Source of the DNA: a virus
DNA: 64,000 nt
Virus record (IMG/VR): IMGVR_UViG_3300028920_002946
Span: 118,678-182,677 of that record
Strand: one strand, 5' to 3'
Under the pieces are notes generated by a model. It saw only the letters and a list, made by a program, of their open reading frames with translations. It did no database searches and was not told the origin of the DNA. Positions 27,695 to 37,550 of this stretch are shown here, one piece after another. Position 1 is the stretch's first letter; each line of letters starts with the position of its first letter. A program made the position numbers and the translations under genes.

Positions 27695-28870
27695 TTGGTA
27701 CGGGTCGAGATAACGAACTACGAGTCCATCGACCACGCCGTCATCGAGATCGACGGCTTCACGACGGTCGTGGGGCCCAACTACAGCGGCAAGAGCGCCG
27801 CGATGAGGGCGATCAACGCGGCCCTCACCAACCAATCGGGCATGGAGTTCGTGCGGTGGGGGCAGGACTACTGCGAGGTGCGCATAGAGGCCCCCGGCCT
27901 CGACCTGCTGTGGCACAAGGAGGAGGGGAACAACCATTACGTCGTCAACGGGAGCAGATACGCCAAGATAGGACGCGACGAGCCGCCGCGCGAGGTCAGC
28001 CAGCTCGGCTACGGCACCGTCAAGGTGTCCGGGCAGAAGCACGACCTCCACTACGCCGACCAGTTCACCCCGCTGTTCCTCGTGGACGACCAAAACACGA
28101 AGACGGCCGACCTGGTGGCGTCCGTCTACGGGCTGGACAGGCTCTACAAGGCGTCGGAACTGTGCAGCAAGGATCAGCGCTCGAACGACTCGCTGCTGAA
28201 GGTGCGCAAGAGGGACTTGGAGGACGCAAGGTCGGATCTCAAGAGGTTCGAGGGTCTCGACGACGTGCTACGCAAGGCGAAGGCCATCAAGGCGGCGCGC
28301 GAGCGGATAGACGAGGGCCGGGCGCAAATAGATCGGGCCTCCTCCTGGGCGAGGGCCATGTCGGAGGCCTCCATCAAGTGCAAGAGGCTGAGGCCGGCCG
28401 CTGGCGTGCCGATTCCGGAATCCGACACCCTCGCGGGGGATCTTCAAAGGTACGGCGCCGCCCGGGGATTCCTCGACCGCATCGGGCGGCTGCAGTCGGA
28501 GACGGCGGCGTTGAGGCCGGCCGCGGAGGCGGTGCTGCCGGATTCCGGGCCGCTCGGCGCGCGCGTGGGGGAGCTAAGTGGTGCGAGGGGCATGCTGTCC
28601 AGACTCCAGGCGGTCGCCGCGGAGGAGCGGGGGCTGAGGGGCGTTTTGGAGGTTTCAGTCCCCGAGTCCATGTCGGCCGGCCTGCGCGACTCGATGGAGA
28701 GGGTTTCCCGCGCCAAGGGGTATATCGAGTCTCTCAAGTCCGGCAAAGCGGAGATTTCCTCGCTGAAGACCCAACTGTCGAAATGCGAGGCCGATCTGGA
28801 AACGGTCGAGGATGAGCGGGCGTCATTTGACAGGTGTCCGCTCTGCAACCAGAAGTTGGAGGCGGCGTGA
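27695..28870 (+). CDS. SbcC/Rad50-like ATPase, N-terminal half ending at the zinc hook
   Basis: VEITNYESI, VGPNYSGKS, Q-loop DQF, coiled coil, terminal CPLC. Confidence 0.85.
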   Translation: MVRVEITNYESIDHAVIEIDGFTTVVGPNYSGKSAAMRAINAALTNQSGMEFVRWGQDYCEVRIEAPGLDLLWHKEEGNNHYVVNGSRYAKIGRDEPPREVSQLGYGTVKVSGQKHDLHYADQFTPLFLVDDQNTKTADLVASVYGLDRLYKASELCSKDQRSNDSLLKVRKRDLEDARSDLKRFEGLDDVLRKAKAIKAARERIDEGRAQIDRASSWARAMSEASIKCKRLRPAAGVPIPESDTLAGDLQRYGAARGFLDRIGRLQSETAALRPAAEAVLPDSGPLGARVGELSGARGMLSRLQAVAAEERGLRGVLEVSVPESMSAGLRDSMERVSRAKGYIESLKSGKAEISSLKTQLSKCEADLETVEDERASFDRCPLCNQKLEAA

Positions 28871-29904
28871 TGCTCGAAACGGCTACAAGGTTCATCACGT
28901 TCGCCGACGTGCATGCCAGCGCCATCAACCCCGGGTCGCGCATCGGCGACTATCTGGGCGACATCCTCGCGAAGCTCGTGCAGATAGGCAGGGTCGGGAG
29001 GAAGGTCGGCGCGCACTTCTACATCCTCGCCGGCGACCTGTTCAACTTGAAACAGCCGATTCGCAACCCCCATAGCCTGAACCGGGTGCTCGCGGAGGTG
29101 TTCAAGGAATACGGCGCCCCGATATACGCGACCGAGGGCAACCACGATCTGCGAAACGACAGTTACGAGACATTCGACGAGCAGCCCCTTAGCGTGCTCT
29201 ACGAGACCGGGGTCCTCGTACAGGCCCGGGACGAGCTGTTCACCTTGGAAAACGGGATGTCCATACAGATACGGTCGTTCCCGTTCGAGGAGAATCCCGA
29301 CATCAACTCGATGCCGGCATGCAACAGGGTGGCCGACTACCACATAGCCATCCTACACCTGTACTCCAGCCCCTCGGGGGGCAGCCTTCATGGCATGCGG
29401 GTCTACTCCTACCCGGAGATAGCCGGGTTGGGGGACGACATGTTCGTCATGGGCCACTACCACATAGACCAAGGCATCCGGGTCGTGCGCCACGGCGACC
29501 GTGACGCGACGTTCGTGAACGTCGGGGCCATAAGCCGCGGTAGCTTGGTCGATGACAACCTCGACAGGATCCCGCGAATCGGATATGTGACGCTCCACAA
29601 CATTGTCAGGGAGGGCCCGATGGGACCCAAGGTGATGGACGGGGCGACGGTGGACGCGAAGTCCGTGCGGCTGAAGGTCAAACCGGCCGGGGAGGTGTTC
29701 GACCTCGAGGCCAAAGAGGACGAAAAGAGGAGGATGGGCGAGGCCGAGGCCTTCGTGGAGAAGTTGAGGATCGAGGAGGACGAGGAGGGGGGCACGGACA
29801 GGCTGGACGAGGCCATCGACTCCCTCGACGTGGACAAGGACGTGCTCGACAGCGTGCGGCACTACCTGCAGGAAGCGGACATATCGCTCAAGGACGTCAA
29901 ATGA
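28870..29904 (+). CDS. sbcD: SbcD/Mre11-like metallophosphoesterase nuclease
   Basis: DVH, GDLF, GNHD, LH, GHYH motifs. Confidence 0.88.
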   Translation: MLETATRFITFADVHASAINPGSRIGDYLGDILAKLVQIGRVGRKVGAHFYILAGDLFNLKQPIRNPHSLNRVLAEVFKEYGAPIYATEGNHDLRNDSYETFDEQPLSVLYETGVLVQARDELFTLENGMSIQIRSFPFEENPDINSMPACNRVADYHIAILHLYSSPSGGSLHGMRVYSYPEIAGLGDDMFVMGHYHIDQGIRVVRHGDRDATFVNVGAISRGSLVDDNLDRIPRIGYVTLHNIVREGPMGPKVMDGATVDAKSVRLKVKPAGEVFDLEAKEDEKRRMGEAEAFVEKLRIEEDEEGGTDRLDEAIDSLDVDKDVLDSVRHYLQEADISLKDVK

Positions 29905-30734
29905 AGCTGTCGTACACGGAATACCGAAGGTATCTCGACTGCCCGCGCCTCTATAGGATGAAAAGGGACAGGATCGAGCCGCCCGAGAGGGAGAGCAGGT
30001 ACTTTGCGCTGTACGGCCTCCTCGTTGAGAGATTCTTCGAGAGGTACACGAACCGCATCTGCAAAACCGGGCGCGTCCTCAAGGACGAGGAGGTCCGATA
30101 CCTCCTCGGGGAAATGTGGAAGATAACCCTCGACGAGAACTACGTCGTGTGGACCGACCCGTGGGTCAAGCAGACCGAGGATCAGATTTTCGAGACGGCC
30201 TATGAGGATGTCCTCGAAAATATGAGGAAGTTCGACTTCTGGGGGCACGCGAGGGCTGAAGTCCCCTTCCGCATCAACCTGAGGAAGTCCGGGGACGCAC
30301 TGACCTGCCGCATGGACTTCATCCACACCCCGGAGGACGGCTCCGGCGTCGAGATACTCGACGGCAAGGGCAAGATGAAGATCGACAAGGACGCCGACTT
30401 GGAGCAGCTGTATTTTTACGCACTCGTGTATCTGCTCCGCAACGGGCGGCTTCCGAAGAGAATCGGCTTCCTCTACTACAGGTTCAAGCTCATAAAGTAC
30501 ATCGACTTCGATGCGGACACGATACTCTCGTTCAGGGACAAGCTCGCCCTCGTGAAGACTTCGATAAAGAGGGACACCGAGTTCGCCCCAAAGGTGAAAC
30601 TGAGCAAGCACTGCCGCTGGTGCCCGTACAGGTTCGACTGCGACGCCTTCCGCATGAAGAAGGAGGCCAACGCCAAGAAGCGGAACAAGGGCATCGAGGG
30701 TTGGGCGGGGCAGGCCGTGGAACTGGATCTATAG
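29901..30734 (+). CDS. PD-(D/E)XK exonuclease, Cas4/AddB-like with 4-Cys staple
   Basis: YLDCPR, RMDFI..ILDGK, QLYFY, HCRWCPYRFDC. Confidence 0.8.
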   Translation: MKLSYTEYRRYLDCPRLYRMKRDRIEPPERESRYFALYGLLVERFFERYTNRICKTGRVLKDEEVRYLLGEMWKITLDENYVVWTDPWVKQTEDQIFETAYEDVLENMRKFDFWGHARAEVPFRINLRKSGDALTCRMDFIHTPEDGSGVEILDGKGKMKIDKDADLEQLYFYALVYLLRNGRLPKRIGFLYYRFKLIKYIDFDADTILSFRDKLALVKTSIKRDTEFAPKVKLSKHCRWCPYRFDCDAFRMKKEANAKKRNKGIEGWAGQAVELDL

Positions 30735-30743
30735 GAGGGCCGG

Positions 30744-31007
30744 ATGGCCGACCAGGTTGAGAGATTCAAGGAGCTCGAGGCGCGGAGGCAGGAACTGTCC
30801 ACCAAGAAGATAAGGCTGGAGGAGCAGTACAACGCCAAGCGCGAAACCCTGGCCGCCCTCATCGAGGAGGTCAAGGGGGCCGGCTACGACCCGAAGACGT
30901 TGAAGAAGACCATATCGGAGATGGAAAAGAAACTCGCCGCGGACATCGAGGAGTTTGAGGCGGCCATAAACAATGCCTCCCGGCAGCTGGCATCAATCGA
31001 GTCCTGA
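30744..31007 (+). CDS. Small coiled-coil protein
   Basis: Heptad-rich 87 aa ORF with RBS. Confidence 0.65.
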   Translation: MADQVERFKELEARRQELSTKKIRLEEQYNAKRETLAALIEEVKGAGYDPKTLKKTISEMEKKLAADIEEFEAAINNASRQLASIES

Positions 31008-31030
31008 CCGGGGGCGAAAGGAGACTCAAG

Positions 31031-32182
31031 ATGGAGATACGCGTTTCGAAAAAGGAACTCCAAAGGGCGGTGTCCGTCACGCGAAGGGCCCTTTCCAAGG
31101 TCATCATCCAGCAGGAGCGCGGCCATATCCTGATGTCGGTGTCCGATGGGAAGATGGTGGTGTCCGGGACCAACAACGACTTGAAGGCGCTGTGCGTCGT
31201 GGATGTCCAATGCTCGGGCGGGGGCAGGGCGGAGTTCACGGCGGATCCCAAGATATTGGGGAACGTGCTGAACAAGGTCGATCTCGCGGAGGTCACCATG
31301 TCCTACGACGAGGGGGAGCAGTCCGTCAAGGTGTACACGGCGGACGGGGGTTCATCGTTCGCGACCCTGCAGTCGTTCCCGGCTTCGATGATGCTCTCCT
31401 TCACCCCGAACACCAACAGGCAGGCCACGCCCGTCCCGAGGGCGATGCTTCAGTCGTCGCTTGACTACGCCGTCCGCTACCTGTCGAAGATGACCGAGGA
31501 CTCCCGCAACTTCGACATCGTGACCGTGTCCAAGGGCATCATGTACGCGGCCAACGGCCTCAACATGCTCGGGTTCATGGTTTCGAAATCCCTGGAGGCG
31601 GTCAGCGACCTGCGGCTCCGCAAGGCCGTCATCCCCATGCTGTCCGGCGTCCTCAAGGAGATCGACGACGAAACAGTCAGCGTCATCCAGACGGCGTCCG
31701 AGGTGGGGATCGAAACCCCGTCGGCGTATTTCACGGCGCTCAAGCCGGCCGCGGAGCCACCCTCCGTCCCTACCGAACTCATAAAGTCGGAGGGCCCGCA
31801 CACGGTCGTCGACCGCAAGCTGCTGCTGAGGCACCTCGACAGGCTTGCCATATCGCACACCGGGACGCCGGGCATCATCGGCATCGACATAACCGTCGGC
31901 GGGGCCGGGGACTCGTCCTACATCGACATGTCCCTGCAATCGTCCAAAAGCATCGAGAGGGTGCCGTGCCAGAGGGTGGACGACGGCAACGCGGAACCGG
32001 TCACGCACATGGTCGAGTACAAGATCCTGAAGGCGGTCCTCGGTTCGTTCGAGCATGGGGATCGCGTCCGGCTGCACATCAACGAGGAGGGCGGCAAGTC
32101 GTTCAAGGCCTATGACAAGGGCACCATCGGCGAGGATCAGTTCGTGGCGGTCGGCATCGGCGGCTACGCCAAGCTGAGGTAG
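31031..32182 (+). CDS. dnaN: DNA polymerase III beta sliding clamp-like protein
   Basis: 383 aa three-domain size; VSKKELQRAV, ILMSV.DGKMVVSGTNN, SYA...YAANG pattern. Confidence 0.75.
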   Translation: MEIRVSKKELQRAVSVTRRALSKVIIQQERGHILMSVSDGKMVVSGTNNDLKALCVVDVQCSGGGRAEFTADPKILGNVLNKVDLAEVTMSYDEGEQSVKVYTADGGSSFATLQSFPASMMLSFTPNTNRQATPVPRAMLQSSLDYAVRYLSKMTEDSRNFDIVTVSKGIMYAANGLNMLGFMVSKSLEAVSDLRLRKAVIPMLSGVLKEIDDETVSVIQTASEVGIETPSAYFTALKPAAEPPSVPTELIKSEGPHTVVDRKLLLRHLDRLAISHTGTPGIIGIDITVGGAGDSSYIDMSLQSSKSIERVPCQRVDDGNAEPVTHMVEYKILKAVLGSFEHGDRVRLHINEEGGKSFKAYDKGTIGEDQFVAVGIGGYAKLR

Positions 32183-32185
32183 ACC

Positions 32186-32797
32186 ATGGACGCCGCCGTC
32201 TACGAATCCTTTGTCAAGAGGGTCAGCATCGCCGAGGGCATGCGGAGGTCAAAGCTGGAGGACGAGAGCCGCCTGTCCGGGGAGGTGTCGGGGCTCCAGG
32301 AGAGGTCGGATCTCCTCCGTCTGACCGAAAAGGTCATCAAGCACCTCATTGACAGGCTTGCCAAGGGCGATCTCGAGCGCATGGACAGGCTCGTGACCTA
32401 CGGGCTTGAAACGGTGTTCCCCGGCCGCAACATAACTTTCGCATCGCGCCTCGAGGAGCGCGGCAAGCGGATGCGCGTCGCGCTCAGGACCATCCAAGAC
32501 GACATGGAGGTGTCCCCGGCATCCAAGAGCAGCGTGCAGGTCATCGAAAGCTTCATACTCCGGCTCATCTGCATGCGCAAGCTCAAGCGGGCGCCGCTTA
32601 TGATGCTCGACGAAACGTTCGCCGCCGTGGACAGTACGAACATAGACAACGTGGGGAAGCTCATAACGCAGCTGTCGGAGAAAACGGGGATGGATATCCT
32701 TGTCGTGACGCATCTTCCGCAATTCGCCGAATGGGGCCGCCACATATACAGGATAAGCCAGCGCGGAGGCACCGCCCGCGTGGAGAAAATACGATGA
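32186..32797 (+). CDS. SbcC/Rad50-like ATPase, C-terminal half
   Basis: Coiled coil, Walker B/D-loop MMLDETFAAVD, H-loop LVVTH; signature degenerate (KSS). Confidence 0.8.
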   Translation: MDAAVYESFVKRVSIAEGMRRSKLEDESRLSGEVSGLQERSDLLRLTEKVIKHLIDRLAKGDLERMDRLVTYGLETVFPGRNITFASRLEERGKRMRVALRTIQDDMEVSPASKSSVQVIESFILRLICMRKLKRAPLMMLDETFAAVDSTNIDNVGKLITQLSEKTGMDILVVTHLPQFAEWGRHIYRISQRGGTARVEKIR

Positions 32798-33357
32798 GAG
32801 TGTATATCCAGCTGGATGTCCAGAACCTGTTTTTCGCCGCCAAGGACATCGGCAAACGCGTCGACTTCATGAAGATCCGCGACCATTTCAAATCCACGGA
32901 CGATGAGATAGTCGAGATGGTGGCGTACACCATTCGGACGCCGGACGCGGACTACAAGCGGTTTGAGCATTTCATGAAGTCGCTCGGTTACCTCCTTTCG
33001 GTGAAGAAGGCGCAGGTCACCACGGGCGCGGACGGACAGCGGGTGTACAAGAACACCGACCAGGACATGGCCATCTGCATCGACTGCCTTGAGAATGTGG
33101 ACAAGTTCGACAAGTGGGTGATCATGTCCGGGGACGGCGACTTCATCGACCTCTGCCGGCACCTCAAGTCGAAGGGCAAGGCGGTGGAGGTGTGGTCGCT
33201 CGGGGGATCCAGTTTCAACAAGGGGTTCTGCGACTACGCCGACGTCATCAGGTTCCTCAACAAGAATTTCTTCTTCGAGAAGCCGTCCCATGACGACGCG
33301 TATCGCGGGTGCGGATACACCGGACGAAGCGGCGCGGGGGAGGGGGAGGGCGGATGA
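32794..33357 (+). CDS. NYN/LabA (PIN-fold) domain protein
   Basis: LDVQNL, DMAICID, SGDGDF, GKAVEVW. Confidence 0.85.
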   Translation: MRVYIQLDVQNLFFAAKDIGKRVDFMKIRDHFKSTDDEIVEMVAYTIRTPDADYKRFEHFMKSLGYLLSVKKAQVTTGADGQRVYKNTDQDMAICIDCLENVDKFDKWVIMSGDGDFIDLCRHLKSKGKAVEVWSLGGSSFNKGFCDYADVIRFLNKNFFFEKPSHDDAYRGCGYTGRSGAGEGEGG

Positions 33358-33809
33358 AAAGCCCGGGCGTGATATACAGGCAGTACAGGCAGGCCCGGAA
33401 GCTGGCGTTCATACGGGCCGTGTCCAAGGCGCGGAGAAAGACCCACGAGAGCTGCCACTATTCGGCCTGCATCAACTACAACGATGTCGACGGGGCCGAG
33501 AAAAGCGTCAAGCTGTGTCTGCTGCGGCCAGACAACCTGGACGTGTGCACGAACCCCAGGGACTGCAACGCGTTCGCCCGGCGCTGGTCGGACGCGCAGG
33601 TCGCCGAGGAGTTCGAACGCATCATGGCCAACGACGCCGAGAAGAAAAAGACCTTCCCGGAACTCTGGGCCTACGAGTGGGTGCTGGACAAGTCCCTCAA
33701 GGAGGCAAGGGACTCCGGCGGTGTCTTTACCTCTTTGGTCGTTTTCCTCATATCGTTCCTGGAGTCGATTCTAAGGGCTGTCGGCGGCAGGAAGAGGCTG
33801 ATGGAGTAG
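33354..33809 (+). CDS. Hypothetical protein with C-terminal membrane anchor
   Basis: ATGA overlap; hydrophobic C-terminal segment. Confidence 0.55.
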   Translation: MKSPGVIYRQYRQARKLAFIRAVSKARRKTHESCHYSACINYNDVDGAEKSVKLCLLRPDNLDVCTNPRDCNAFARRWSDAQVAEEFERIMANDAEKKKTFPELWAYEWVLDKSLKEARDSGGVFTSLVVFLISFLESILRAVGGRKRLME

Positions 33810-33812
33810 AAT

Positions 33813-34367
33813 ATGCCCGCCGCGCGCAAAAGGAAGTGGGAGGCGCAGGAGACATGCGTCTGCTTCAACTTCATTAACCTCCTCAGGAATGTGAGGTCGG
33901 AGGTGCGGACCCGCGTCGACCGCGGAAAGGAGCCGGAGCGATACCGGGCGGAGATATTGGCGGGGCTGGAGGCGTACGAGGTCAACGGGCAGAGGTTCAA
34001 GTACTCCACCGTGCCGAACAGGCTCGGGGGCGTGCGGTGGTATGTGCGCTGCCCCAAGTGCGATTCCAGGACGATGAAGCTGTTTCTGCCGACTCGCTAC
34101 CCCGACAGGGAGCAGCGGTATCTTTGCGCCAAGTGCCACAGACTCCAGCAGACCTCCCTGGTGAAAGGTAAGTCCAAGAAATACAAGACGATAATACGGC
34201 CGCTGAAGCGGATGCAGAAACTGAAGGACATGCTGATGAACACCCATCTGACACCCGACGAGGCGAAGCCGTTGATAGACGAATACGAGAATCTGTCGAA
34301 AAACCTGAAAAACACGCCGGAATACCGACTGTGGAAGTTCAAGATGGAACACGGGGGGCTGGGCTGA
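33813..34367 (+). CDS. Zinc-binding hypothetical protein
   Basis: GGVRWYVRCPKC...YLCAKCHRL. Confidence 0.6.
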   Translation: MPAARKRKWEAQETCVCFNFINLLRNVRSEVRTRVDRGKEPERYRAEILAGLEAYEVNGQRFKYSTVPNRLGGVRWYVRCPKCDSRTMKLFLPTRYPDREQRYLCAKCHRLQQTSLVKGKSKKYKTIIRPLKRMQKLKDMLMNTHLTPDEAKPLIDEYENLSKNLKNTPEYRLWKFKMEHGGLG

Positions 34368-34373
34368 CACCGT

Positions 34374-34386
34374 TAATCTATTCATA
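34374..34386 (+). promoter_or_regulatory. Second-class (putative late) promoter motif TAATCTATTCATA
   Basis: Variants at 36258, 37029, 49037, 61109, weaker at 56307, and minus-strand 44653-44665, all just upstream of genes. Confidence 0.55.
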
Positions 34387-34422
34387 AGGCATTGGATGTG
34401 TAACCTATCGGGGGACACGTCC

Positions 34423-34839
34423 ATGATTGAGTCGGTGATGCGGGTCGTTACCGCATACAAAAGGCGCTTCGTCAGGAAGCTCAAGCGAAGAAGCCCCGCC
34501 GAACGCCTGAAGTCCCGCAGGTATTACCGGGCGAACAAGAACAAGATACGGATTCAAAGGAGACGGTATCTCCGGAAGAACCGCCTCTTCATGCGGTCGA
34601 GGAAGCTTTTCAAGAGGGTGAAGCCCAGCTGGCTGTCCCCGAAGAAGACGAAGCCGCCGACGATGAAGTCAAAGAGGAAGGCGCCCAAGAGGCACACCCC
34701 GGTCAGCAGACCGAGGAAGATCAACATAGCGAAGCCGCCAAAGCCGCGGGCCAGGAAGGCACATGTCCCCAAAAGACGCACCCCGTCCGCCCCAAAGCCG
34801 TCCAGGCCAAGACCGAGATCCACAAGGGCGCACGCCTAG
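34423..34839 (+). CDS. Extremely Arg/Lys/Pro-rich basic protein (nucleic-acid condensing candidate)
   Basis: Composition; follows the putative late motif. Confidence 0.6.
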   Translation: MIESVMRVVTAYKRRFVRKLKRRSPAERLKSRRYYRANKNKIRIQRRRYLRKNRLFMRSRKLFKRVKPSWLSPKKTKPPTMKSKRKAPKRHTPVSRPRKINIAKPPKPRARKAHVPKRRTPSAPKPSRPRPRSTRAHA

Positions 34840-34867
34840 CAGCCCCCCGGGGGATTTCACCGGATTC

Positions 34868-35212
34868 GTGGCCGTATACAAGGACGGCACCGTCGTCCCG
34901 GAGCGCGAGAACTACTACAGCGAGCGCTTACGCAAGAAGATGGCCACCAACTGGCTCGAGGTCGACAAGTCGGCCGTCGAGCGCCTTGAGATTCATTGGC
35001 GCGGCAGGAAGATGGCCTCCATCAGCAAGGCCGAGCACCCCGAGATAAAGCCCTCCGATTGGTTCTTCAGCCACACGGGCTGTCTGGACATGTCGACCCA
35101 CAGCGTGCGCGTGGTCGCCCGGAACATAGGCTACAGGGACCGTAGCGGCCTCACAAACGTGATATCCATCCTGGAGTGCGACGGCACCATGAAGGGCTAC
35201 GCGCGTGCCTGA
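34868..35212 (+). CDS. Hypothetical protein
   Basis: ORF 34763-35212; start uncertain. Confidence 0.5.
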   Translation: MAVYKDGTVVPERENYYSERLRKKMATNWLEVDKSAVERLEIHWRGRKMASISKAEHPEIKPSDWFFSHTGCLDMSTHSVRVVARNIGYRDRSGLTNVISILECDGTMKGYARA

Positions 35213-36257
35213 CGACATCAAAATCTACTTGGTGTCCGACGCGACGCACTTCGCCATAAGCGACGTCTACCACGGGTACGCCAACGCGTTGAGGGAACTT
35301 AAGGTGCCCCACGAGGAGTTCCCCTACCACCTGTTTCGGACCGTCCTTTCAGACGAAATCTCCTACCACGTGATCCACTCCACGGCTCTGATGAGGTCCA
35401 AGGGCTTCACCCACGCCATGTTCATCGGCGGCATGCGCAACGTCCCGGACTGGATGCTTGAAAGCCTCTACGGCGTGAAAAGCGTCGTCGTCGCGACCGA
35501 GGACCCCCACAGCTTCGACCCGAACAAGAAACGGCTGGGGAAGATCGACTACTACTTCAGCAACGAGAGGTCGGTCGGCGAGTGCGGCCGGTACGGGAAC
35601 ACCTACTACTGCCCGACGGGCGCCTGCAGCCAGGAGTGCGGCGTCACCCCGCGCGCCTATATCGATGAGAGATACCACAGCGACATACTGTTCCTGGGGG
35701 CGCTCTACCCCAACAGACAGAAGATGCTGGAGCGGATAATCCCGATGGTGGAGCGCAACGGCTTGGACTTCAAGATCTGCGGCCATGTGGGCTACATGAA
35801 GAAGTCCAGCCCGCTCAAGAAGTACATCGCCGACGCCCGGACGATACCGCACCGCGAAACGGTCAAATACTACAACGGAGCCAGGGCGGTCATCAACATC
35901 CTCCGCGACACGACGTGGAGTCCGAGGACGAAGAGCCAGCGAAACCCCTTCAACAAGAGCCGTTTCGCGCCCGAGAGCCTCAACCCCAGGGCGTACGAAG
36001 TGCCCCTCTGCGGGCCGCTGATGTTCCTTGAGGACACGAGACCCGAGTCTCGGGAACTGTTCACCGAGGACGAGGTCGTCTTCTTCTCCGACGGCGAACA
36101 GCTTTCCGACAGGCTTGAGTCTTACCTGGTGTCCAAGGACCCCTCCGTGGCGCGCGATATGTCCCTCGCCGCCTTCCAAAAGGTGGCGGCGGCCCACACG
36201 TACGTCCACCGCCTCGTGACCATCTTGGGCGTGCTGAGGGCAGGGGGCCTAAAATAA
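35205..36257 (+). CDS. Glycosyltransferase (CgeB/YkvP-like GT-B)
   Basis: DILFLGA...YNGARAVINI...NPRAYEVPLCG...EVVFFSD. Confidence 0.8.
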   Translation: MPDDIKIYLVSDATHFAISDVYHGYANALRELKVPHEEFPYHLFRTVLSDEISYHVIHSTALMRSKGFTHAMFIGGMRNVPDWMLESLYGVKSVVVATEDPHSFDPNKKRLGKIDYYFSNERSVGECGRYGNTYYCPTGACSQECGVTPRAYIDERYHSDILFLGALYPNRQKMLERIIPMVERNGLDFKICGHVGYMKKSSPLKKYIADARTIPHRETVKYYNGARAVINILRDTTWSPRTKSQRNPFNKSRFAPESLNPRAYEVPLCGPLMFLEDTRPESRELFTEDEVVFFSDGEQLSDRLESYLVSKDPSVARDMSLAAFQKVAAAHTYVHRLVTILGVLRAGGLK

Positions 36258-36270
36258 TACTCTACTCATA
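36258..36270 (+). promoter_or_regulatory. Putative late promoter motif TACTCTACTCATA
   Basis: Variant of the 34374 motif. Confidence 0.45.
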
Positions 36271-36308
36271 CATAGGGTATTTCGTACGGTTCACCAGAGG
36301 GACGATTC

Positions 36309-37025
36309 ATGGGCGAGAGGGACATCGCAGCCTTCAGGATGCCGCAGGTGGAGGAGCCGACCCCGTCGGGGCCGCTGTACCACAAGGGCAGGACGGTGGG
36401 GAGCGCCGCGGCGGTCCTCGACTTCAGCAAGATGATGGACCTCATCCTGTCGAATCGGGCCTTCTTCGCCAGCCTGCCGGCTAACGTCCAAAAAAGCCTC
36501 GCCAAACTACACAGGATGTCCTCGAACGCTTTCAAGTTCGCCTCCGATCGGGAGGCTTACTTCGCCGGCCAAGGACGGCCGGCACTCGGCGACTTGAAGA
36601 AGTACATCGAGAACGTCATCGGCATAAAGGGCCTTCCGGAATCCGTCAGAAATGCCTTGGAGGGCGTCCAAACGGCAATCAAGCGGGAAATGAGCGGCGA
36701 GCCGGCACCGCAGCCGAAGGCCGCCCCGGCACAACCCGCACCCGACGAGGTCGGAAAGCCGCAGGAGTCGGCCCCAACGTCAGAGAAACCCGCGCCAACG
36801 GGGCGCGCGACGGACATGAAGGTACCATCGGGGCGCGGCGACCCCTACGAAAAGCTACAGGCCATGTTCAAGAAAAGCAGGCACTATGCGGACATATACC
36901 CGGCGCTTCCCTTCGAAATACGCCAGGAATTGCAGAGAGTAGGGCTGGACTTGGAATCCCTCAAGGGTTTTGCCAAGCAGGCCTCTCTAGGCATCGTCAG
37001 CAGATACCTGGCATCAAGGCGGTAG
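36309..37025 (+). CDS. Hypothetical protein with Pro/Ala linker
   Basis: ORF after putative late motif. Confidence 0.6.
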   Translation: MGERDIAAFRMPQVEEPTPSGPLYHKGRTVGSAAAVLDFSKMMDLILSNRAFFASLPANVQKSLAKLHRMSSNAFKFASDREAYFAGQGRPALGDLKKYIENVIGIKGLPESVRNALEGVQTAIKREMSGEPAPQPKAAPAQPAPDEVGKPQESAPTSEKPAPTGRATDMKVPSGRGDPYEKLQAMFKKSRHYADIYPALPFEIRQELQRVGLDLESLKGFAKQASLGIVSRYLASRR

Positions 37026-37028
37026 AAT

Positions 37029-37041
37029 TTATCTGTTCATA
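37029..37041 (+). promoter_or_regulatory. Putative late promoter motif TTATCTGTTCATA
   Basis: Variant of the 34374 motif. Confidence 0.5.
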
Positions 37042-37090
37042 AAAAAGAGCACCTTGACGGGACAGGCCCGTACACGAGGACAGGACATCG

Positions 37091-37531
37091 ATGAAGATAA
37101 GGACGTACAGTCCGCAGACGGGAAACCTTCTCGCGGAAGACATCACGGGGATCAACTTCGGCAGCGTCCGCCAAGGCAGGCACGGGGCGCTACCCGTCCT
37201 CGTCAGGCCGTTCGCGGATGTCGAGGTGCTTACCGGGCTGGAATTGTATCTGCAGAACAACGGCGGCTTCTCCCACACCAGCTACGGGTATTTCACGAAC
37301 AGCGACTTCGTCCCCGGTGTGCACTCCTGGACGAGCGACGACAGCGCCTACCCCGCGATAAGCGACCATTTCACGGAGGTGTCCGACCCGCCACAGCCGT
37401 ACGGGGGTGTCAGCCTGGGAGTAGACGGGGACGGGTACGGGGACTACGTCTGGCTGGATGTGCAGCCCGGGCAGACCGAAACGGGATCGACATCATCCAT
37501 CAATTACCGCTTCATTTTCGAGTACTCGTAG
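37091..37531 (+). CDS. Putative beta-sandwich virion protein, paralog A
   Basis: INFGSVRQG, YVWLD, YRFIFEYS; aligns with 37551-37991. Confidence 0.6.
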   Translation: MKIRTYSPQTGNLLAEDITGINFGSVRQGRHGALPVLVRPFADVEVLTGLELYLQNNGGFSHTSYGYFTNSDFVPGVHSWTSDDSAYPAISDHFTEVSDPPQPYGGVSLGVDGDGYGDYVWLDVQPGQTETGSTSSINYRFIFEYS

Positions 37532-37550
37532 ACCAAGAAGGACGTGAGCC

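Noticed and set aside
29901-30734. CRISPR-Cas system suggested by a Cas4-like nuclease
   Set aside because: No repeat-spacer array or cas1/cas2 in the window; context is recombination.
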